From Azolla caroliniana (lineage: Eukaryota > Plantae > Polypodiophyta), in NCBI GenBank assembly GCA_043228905.1, contig JBHGNT010000012.1:3782001-3846000 (forward strand): 64,000 nucleotides of DNA, written 5' to 3'. The notes beneath the pieces were generated by a model, which ran no database searches, was not told the origin of the DNA, and was given only the letters and a program-made list of their open reading frames with translations. Within the stretch, counting starts at the first letter, position 1. Each line of letters opens with the position of its first letter. Both the position numbers and the translations under genes were made by a program. Of this stretch, positions 56,087-64,000 are shown in pieces.

Positions 56087-59000
56087 GATATCACATTACG
56101 AAATATTAAGATCGTTTATCGTATGTATGGAGTAACTAATGCTCAACGAAGAAGAGGTCTTCTTCTAAAATTCTCACAAGTTTTCTCTAGGTGTAATGCA
56201 TTATTGATACATGCACCTTTAGATGAGGAGCTTTTGGATATCCAAAGTCAATTGCATGTTATTATTTCTCAGTTGCAATGCCAAAGTTATCGTTATGCCA
56301 AGATGCGACAATTGAGGGATGGGCTCATAGATAATCAATGTCAATCCCATTTGTTTTTCCAAGCGTTACATCCTACTTATACTCGATCTAATGTGGTACA
56401 TGTGAAACAAGGTGATGAATGGATAGTGGATCCTACTAAAATAATTTGACATATGTGTTCATTACTTTGAGTTGATTGGCCCACAATTGTTAATGACAAA
56501 TGAGGTGAGTAGAGCACGTCATGAGTTTTATGATGTGGTTGGATGTATTGTGCATGACCTCATTAGTCATGAATTGGATGCAGATTTCACTGAGGATGAG
56601 GTGGAAACAGTTTTAAGGCATCTTCCTAGTGGTAAGAGCCTTGGTTGGGATGGCTTGACAAATGAAGTTTTTAAGCGATATTCACACATTTTAAAGGGGC
56701 CCTTAACTTTGATGTTTCAACGTTCTTGGGATTCTAGTCGTATGCCTCAAGCTTGGAAGGTTGGTCTAATTAAATTAGTTCCAAAGGTGGCATCTCCAGA
56801 GTCATTTCATCAATGGAGACCTATTTCTTTGATGGGGGGGTTATATAAGATATTTACAAAGGTCTTGGCAAATAGATTACAAAAGTATTTGCCAAACTTG
56901 ATACATCCAGCCCAATATAGTTTTATTGCAAGTAAGAATATATTGCATAATGTGTTGAATCTTCAAATGGCCATGGATTATGCTCGAAACACTCATCAAG
57001 AATAGATTATGGTGCAATTAGATTTCGAGAAAGCTTATGATCATGTTAATTGGTCCTTTGTTTCTAGGTTAATGCATACAATGGGCTTTTGACTTCATAT
57101 GTCTCGCCTCATATTTTTATTAGGACAAGATGCGGTGTCTCGAGTCATGCTTAATGGAGGAGTTGCATTAGATATTGCCCTTACAAGATCCATTCATCAA
57201 GGATGCCCTATTAGCCTGTTGTTGTTTGCTATTGTTACTCATCCCTTGTTAGTTATGCTATCAAGGCTTGCAATAAATGGTGATATTGTGGGTCTACACC
57301 TTCCGTCTGGAGGGCAACTAGTTGCACAAGCTTTGGCTGATGATTCTTTCATGTTTCTACAAGCCTCACGAGAGAATCTTGAGAAGGGGATGGTTGTATG
57401 GAACCAATTTGCATTGGCTTCCAAACTACATATTAATTGGAGGAAGTCTAGTCTCATATCATGTACTGAAAGGGATTTGGAATGTTTAGGATGGCATCTA
57501 TGGTGAAGAAAGGCTCTATTTTTCGACACTTGGGCTATCCATTAGGAATGAATGTTACAAATGGTCAATTGATTGAATAGATGTCTAGTAAGTTGAGGGA
57601 TAAGTTCATGTATTGGAAATCACAATCTTGGCCTTTTCATGTACGTTTGTGGGTTGTACAATGTATTATGGAACCTATGATATTATATTACTTGCCATTG
57701 CTATCGTGGACAAAGAAGGCTTTGCATTCTATTTTGCAACCTCTTCGATATTTGTTGTGGAAGAAAAGGGATAAGATGGCAATCACTTGGGTTGCATGGA
57801 ATCATCTAACAACTCCTAAGCGCTTGGGGGGAGCTGGAGTATTGAACTTATCTAAGCATATGATGGCTCGTAGATTTTCATTATTACAAGACATGTGTTC
57901 AAATTCACAACCATGGATATCTATTGTTCAATATTTCATTGAGAACAAGGGTTTAACACATGGGAGGACAACAATTAAGGCTTCATGGTGGCAATTACTA
58001 AATGGATGTATTTCACTTAGGATTCCGGGCTCTACATGTGTTCAACACTTGGTTACCTCATGGCAAGAACCACTCTTGTTATGTGTATGGAAACCATTAT
58101 CTAGTAGAGAGCATTGTAATTCTTTGTAAAAAGAGTTACTTGTGTCTTCTCGGTTATTATGTTGTCCAAGAAAGGAGAGATTACGCTCTCAATTTAATCG
58201 TTTGTTTCGTTTGGGGGTCAAAGAGGTGGGAGATATAGTTGAGGCTCCATCTCAAAGAATTTTGGAGTTTGTTGAAGCACGACAATTATTACGCATTCTG
58301 CCTAATTATGGGTTTATTTGGCAACAACTACGAAATATTCCATTGATGCAAGGTCCCTTACCTCTACAAACAGGAGAACAACCGTGTATTGATTGGTGTT
58401 TAAAGGGTTAAACATCATTGTTACAAGTGATTACTAATCTTTTGTATCATTGCTCTGTTGAGTCTCTTGGATGGTTATCATCTAAGGCTGAAGAAGAATG
58501 GAGATTACACAAATCTAATCATAGGTGCAAATCTTACAACGTAGTTGACATTCTAAATTGCCACTTGTAGCAAAGGTCTTCATTTGGAGAGTTTTGATTG
58601 GAGGATTGCCTTTGGGATTAGCTCTAGAGCATCGTGGACTAGCAACGGGTAATTGCTTTTTTTGCACTGTTCAAATGGAAGATAGTACTCATCGATTTAT
58701 ACAATGCCTGATTGCTTCCTAGATTTGGAGTTACATTTCTCAAATTTGGCAAGTTTTATCACGGTGTTATTTGACACCTAGACAGTGGGGTGTTTGCACA
58801 ATTTACACAAGTGGACCCAAAGTCAAAGATGGAGATTGTTTTTCTATTTTTGAGATATTGGGGATTGCGTCATAATTGGAATATGCACAACGCTTTTGTA
58901 TTCGATGGTAGACATGGAGTGGAAGCATATCTACGAAAGTTGAAGGGGGTACTAATGTGGCAATTTTCTTTATTGGAGCAAGTGGAAATCCTTTCCTCGG

Positions 59001-59891
59001 TGGAATGTTCTCTTGCCTATTGGCAATTCAACATGTTCCATTACCCAAGTAGTGTAGTGTAGTTAGTGGGTGACCATACTTCATGGTCACACACCATTGT
59101 AAGTAGTGTTTTTAACACACATTTATTAATGTAATTGTGTGTTTTCACCCAAAAAAAAGAGTGAGAGAGGGAGGGGGGGGGGGGAATTAAAGACTTTTCT
59201 AGATGCTATGTGTGTACAATGTGATATGTAGTGCCAAAGGCAAAGGCAAGCCAGGTTTGATTTGCACTTGGGTTATAAGATCATTGCAACCACAAAACAA
59301 AAACCACAAGGTGTTAATATGAAGTACAAACTCACCATTCCATCCTATAATGAACCATCATCCACAACTTTTGATTGAGTTTAATGTGATGTTGTACCTT
59401 GGGAGAAAGAAAGATATATTATCTTCTAAGGCCAAAATTGGCCCATGAGACAATTGGTTTACAACAAAAATGGGGTATTTACCCATTCATCAAAAGAAAA
59501 ATAAAAAATAAAAAAATAATAGAGCTTAAACTAAATGGTTCTAGTAAAACACATGTTCTATAAGGAAATGACTCTATACTAGGCCTAGTTTCATTTCCAT
59601 CCAAGTCTCTCGAAAAGAAGCGGGAGGTCAAAGGGTTTCGATGTGGATATGGCCTATGGTCCCAATGTAAGAGGTACCTCAACCATAGCTTCTAAGCGGC
59701 GTAGCTCTCACATTCCCTTATCTTCTTAATCATTTCTACTCCGCATCGAGTTGCTTTGAAGCCCAATATCCGAGAGCGTTTGGTTATTCTTTGCATTTCC
59801 GCTTCATCAAGAGAGAGGCCGAGTGGTGTAGGTGTGCCCACATTTAGTGTCCCCCCTTGTTCTTGAAAAATTACATTAGTTTCATGTTGGT

Positions 59892-60125
59892 CACGTTTCA
59901 TGACTCAAGAACCTCGCTATAACCCTCGAATCACGGTTGGAGGGAGAGTCGTGTCTTGGGGTTCCTGAACCTTCCCTGGGTTCATGAATGCACCACGTTT
60001 CATGACTCTTGAACCTCGCTACAACCCTCGAATCACGGTTGGGGGGAGAATCGTGTCTTGGGGTCCCTGAACCCTGCCACGGTTTGTGACTGCGTCACGT
60101 TTCATGACTGAAGAACCTCGCTACA
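59892..60125. repeat. ~102-bp tandem repeat (about 2.3 units), probably within an LTR-element remnant
   Basis: cacgtttcatgact..gaacctcgcta.aaccctcgaatcacggttgg repeated; a minus-strand PPT-like AAGGGGGGA lies near 59855. Confidence 0.7.
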
Positions 60126-60674
60126 ATCCAGAAACATATTTCGTTGTGTCCATTGGTTTAGAGATTAGCAAACCAAACCTGTTTATTGGGACCAAAAATG
60201 CACCCTTGCATTCTTTGTTAAGAATGTGAGCTCTATAATAGTAGAAACATAGGAAGGGTAACTCTAATGCTTCTATGGATATTAAAAGGGTTATCGTTGA
60301 CACTTTGTAATTCATTCTCCCTATGTTGTTTTAGCCTAATCTCTTTATATCCGGGGTATCTAATAGCTTGGAGAGGGTGGGAGAGGGTCCTAGTATGTCT
60401 TGGTATTTCACCCTCCGTAAATGTTGTGTTTATATTGACACCATCTCCATACACATGCTTAGTTGCTCAACCATGCATATGCCCATGTGAACTCATGACC
60501 ACAACCATGCTTCTATGCATACCTATGCTCGCACCCACATCAATATAAGGCATGTGTTTTGGTTCATATGGCATGGTAAACCCACTTAAGGTAATGTAAT
60601 ACTAAAGGATGTAGTGTGGAAACAACTAAATGAATGTCCCTTTGAGCCTTACGGATTTGTTGTGGTGACTCCTC

Positions 60675-60736
60675 AATGTCCATGAAGGAAGAAACCCTTG
60701 TCTATGAAGGCTCCATGCAACCTATATATAGGTTGG

Positions 60737-60781
<45 letters not shown>

Positions 60782-62264
60782 ATTTACTATATATATAGAT
60801 ATAGTAAATGAAGTAAAAGCATAAAAAGGTAAGGTGTATATATATAACTAAGAAAAACCTTTGCTTTTTCATTTTTTTATCAATCTATGTTTGTTGTTAA
60901 AACAAGATGATAATACGACTCCGTTGCTATCTCCACTACTTCATTGGTAGCCATATGTCAAGGTCAACCCTCTCAAAGTGCTCTAATACGGAATGATATA
61001 AATCTTCCTCATCTTGGGACAATATTCCCATACACATAGTTGCAAAATTTACCGAATAACCTTCCCTTTTAGCCTAGGGAGTTGTTGGAGTACCCCACAA
61101 AGTCCATCAAACAAGAACTCATTTCTCATGGTCCAATTAAACCACATCCCTCAATAGTTGAGGTAGTCAAACACCACCTGATATGATGGGGTGAGTAGAG
61201 CTCTAGCACCATCAATGAAAACCCACTTAAAAGGTGACAAAAAAACTTCTTGTTATGATGCCCAAATCTGTGATATAATCACCCAAATGAACCTACGTTT
61301 GTCATCTTCGTCAAGCACTATACAGAAAGAGAATGTCCCGTTCGAGATATGTCTCCGTATTAAAGCGAGATCATCATCATCTTCTTCTTCTTCTTCTTCT
61401 TCTTCACTATTTAGTTACATGAAGCCATGGCTAACAAAGAAGAAGAAGAAAGAAAGAAACTACATAATAAACCAAAGTCTCTCTAAGGCTCCATCTTATA
61501 TAGAAGTAACATAACTAAAAAAATACCTTTGCTTTCACTTTCGTTTCTTCTTCTTCTTCTTCTTCTTCTTCTGCTTATTACTTACAGGAAGCCATGGCTA
61601 ACGAAGAAGAAGAAGAAGCAGAAGCAGAAGAAGAAGAAGAAGAAGAAGATTATGATGGCCATGTTTAACTGATAGCGCCGAGACGACGTAGTAGAAAATT
61701 CTCTGACTCTTCCCTTACTCAGCTCTGCTGCGGACACGTTTTTTTCCTTCCTCCGCAGCCACATATAAAACCCTAACAACAACGCCACCACTGCTTGTAC
61801 TACTAAAAGTGAAGCAGCGCTTCCTGCATTGGATTTTCTTCTGAAAACACATCTTCTTCATCCAAAGTCATATATCAACCCTAACAACAACGACAATACT
61901 ACCAATATTACTACAGAGAAAACGGAGTTTGCTACATTGCATCTCTTTTGCGGACACATTTTCTTCATCCACACTCATGTATAAACACTGACAACAACCA
62001 CAACACTACTAATACTAGTACAGAGAAGCGTAGTTTTCCTACATTGCATTTCTCTATTTGATGACCGGCTTTATATAAGTAATGCACCCTCCACCATGGC
62101 TACACCGAATTCGGGCTTTTCCAATAGATTGAGTACAGATAATTGTCCAATTGGCCAAGTAAGTCTCCTTATCAAACCTCTGATTCTTTTTTGTTATTTG
62201 TTCTGTGAATCATGAAGCAAATGTATGTATGGAGCTCGGAAGCATGGATAAGATTAACCTTGTT

Positions 62265-62307
<43 letters not shown>

Positions 62308-62327
62308 TAAAGACTTTTCTAGATGCT
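60675..62327 (+). repeat. Copy 2 of the local duplication, immediately upstream of the helicase ORF
   Basis: Aligns with 48489-49720 plus 59159-59207; contains TATATAAAACCCTAA near 61763. Confidence 0.88.
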
Positions 62328-62393
62328 TCTTTTTTAATCCCCTTTTGGCTTCTCTAGAAGATTCTTGATCATGACCATTAACAAACATTCTAG

Positions 62394-64000
62394 ATGCAGG
62401 ATGAACATCATCAAATGGACTTTTCGAACCTTTCAGTTATACCTCCAAAAGAGGAGCTTCTAGGTCATGTCCAGTCTCAGGCGGCCTTAATGAAGAACAG
62501 AGTAAATGGTGAAAAATATGGGAATATCTCTGAGTATCTAGCTACACATTTTTTCCTTTTGCGTGAAGATTGCACTCAAGCCTTGCGAGAGGCGGTGCAA
62601 TCTCTCCATGACCATCGCCTTCCCGAAAGGCAAGATATTCAAGTTTATAGAGACGTGAGATTAGACTTTGTTCAATGTGGAAACTTGGGTGTTGAGTACA
62701 GGATGTCTTTTGCTCGAGGTAATGCCATATTACAAGAAAATACCACTTCAAAGTATCTTATGGAAGGATCTCTCCTATGCATGTCACATGATGACTTTCA
62801 AACCATACTTTGGGCTATGCCGAGTGGCCAGAAAAATACATCATTTGATACAAATTATGTACAGGTTCGGTGCTTAGATCATATATCTGAAGCTAAACTT
62901 GAGTTTCAAAAGGTCTACACTGTGGTTGAATCACCATCAGCCTATTTTGAAGCATATTGCCATGTTTTAGAGAATCTTAAGAAATTTCAATCACTTACCT
63001 TGCCGTTCAAGGAGCATTTTCTATACTTAGAACCTCAAGTGAAGGCACCAGATTATCTCTGTCGAGATCATGATGGACGTTTCTTGTCTTCCGTGGATCC
63101 AAATTGTGTCAATTTCCAAGTTTGTGCAAGTATTTTTCCATTATTGCAAGAATGGCCAGAATTGACTAGCTCTCTCGATCCTAGTCAATTGAAGGCTGTT
63201 CGACATGGCATCACCAAGAGGTTAGCTTTGATCCAAGGCCCACCTGGCACAGGGAAAACATTTGTGGGTAAAATGATTGTTAAAATCTTGTTGAGTAATG
63301 AAAGAGGCGGAGAAGGTGCAGGAATATTGCCTTCTACTTGGGAAGAAAGCTGGCTAAATTTGAAGGCAGAAAGGTTAGACTGCAGGAAAGTTGAAGAATC
63401 TGTGGGGGATAGTCCGTTGTTAGTCTTATGCTATACGAACCATGCTTTGGATCAGTTCCTTGAGGGAATTTTTGAATTTGAAAAAAGCCTCATTCGATAC
63501 GGAGGACGTTCTACAAGTTTGAAGCTAATTGGTTGTTCTGTGAAGCAATGGATTCGGAAGGAGAAACATGGGTTTCTCCGATTGAAATGGAATCAATATC
63601 GTGCATGCATACACAAAGGAGACAAATTGAAAAGACAGATATCAAGATGCCATGCCTTGATGCGTTTAGAATTTGTAACTATTGAACCTCTCCGAGATGT
63701 AGCTACTCGGGAGCAAGTAGAAAACCTTTTTTTCTGTGGTTCAGACCCAAACATAGTGCCCTTATGGCTTCAAGGGTTGGATTCACTGTCAGCTCATCGG
63801 CAGTTGATCCATAGCTCTAGTTCTAGATGTGAAGATTCAAATATAAAATATCCAGAAATCATACATAGGCAACAAGTTGAAGATGAAGTCTTGGATTCGT
63901 TTGAAACAAATCTGGACGATCCATTTGTTTGGGCTTTAGATGGACCATCTCGTAGTGCATTGCATTCAGTGTGGCTAACGAGGATACGAAGGCTTGCAGA
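62394..64000 (+). CDS. ZNFX1: ZNFX1/Hrr1/SAD-3-like SF1 (Upf1-like) RNA helicase, 3'-partial
   Basis: Open frame of 535 codons running off the window. Motifs DFSNLSVIPPKEEL, YLATHFFLLREDCTQALREAV, GSLLCMSHDDF, VESPSAYFEAYCHVL, LDPSQ, Walker A LIQGPPGTGKT (GPPGTGKT at 63237-63260), LLVLCYTNHALDQFLEGI and RYGGRS, in ZNFX1-family order. Confidence 0.88.
   Translation, partial: MQDEHHQMDFSNLSVIPPKEELLGHVQSQAALMKNRVNGEKYGNISEYLATHFFLLREDCTQALREAVQSLHDHRLPERQDIQVYRDVRLDFVQCGNLGVEYRMSFARGNAILQENTTSKYLMEGSLLCMSHDDFQTILWAMPSGQKNTSFDTNYVQVRCLDHISEAKLEFQKVYTVVESPSAYFEAYCHVLENLKKFQSLTLPFKEHFLYLEPQVKAPDYLCRDHDGRFLSSVDPNCVNFQVCASIFPLLQEWPELTSSLDPSQLKAVRHGITKRLALIQGPPGTGKTFVGKMIVKILLSNERGGEGAGILPSTWEESWLNLKAERLDCRKVEESVGDSPLLVLCYTNHALDQFLEGIFEFEKSLIRYGGRSTSLKLIGCSVKQWIRKEKHGFLRLKWNQYRACIHKGDKLKRQISRCHALMRLEFVTIEPLRDVATREQVENLFFCGSDPNIVPLWLQGLDSLSAHRQLIHSSSSRCEDSNIKYPEIIHRQQVEDEVLDSFETNLDDPFVWALDGPSRSALHSVWLTRIRRLA

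Larger units (their letters stand above)
49721..59158 (+). mobile_element. Full-length degenerate L1-clade LINE with two nested LTR insertions
   Basis: ORF1 has a CCHC knuckle (CFGCGEWGHFMAEC). ORF2 has APE endonuclease (WNVRG, GDFN, SDH; from 54638), RT (WRPISL, QGCPIS, LADD) and a C-terminal zinc finger (CFFC..H..C). Poly(A) at 59151-59158; flanked by GA-rich sequence on both sides. Confidence 0.92.

Noticed and set aside
62542-62877. Short ORFs listed by the ORF track in the last 1.5 kb
   Set aside because: They are alternative-frame by-products of the helicase ORF, which was probably omitted because it has no stop within the window.

Overview
Eukaryotic land-plant genomic DNA; a seed-free plant such as a fern is inferred from the gene and TE content, not proven. 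0-23.5 kb is a nest of Copia and Gypsy LTR retrotransposons and solo LTRs that has disrupted an HVA22-like gene. 24-33.5 kb holds three apparently intact intron-containing host genes: MSI1, ATXR5/6 and a 2H cyclic phosphodiesterase. 34-48 kb contains LINE fragments, a perfect 51-bp inverted repeat, a 5S-rRNA-derived repeat and a candidate unrecognised multi-exon gene. 49.7-59.2 kb is a degenerate full-length L1 LINE carrying a nested Gypsy and a solo LTR, inserted into one copy of a local duplication. From 62394 to the window end is an uninterrupted ORF missing from the ORF track, encoding a ZNFX1/Hrr1/SAD-3-type SF1 RNA helicase; this is the most notable item. Gene models and coordinates were read by eye, and no database searches were run.
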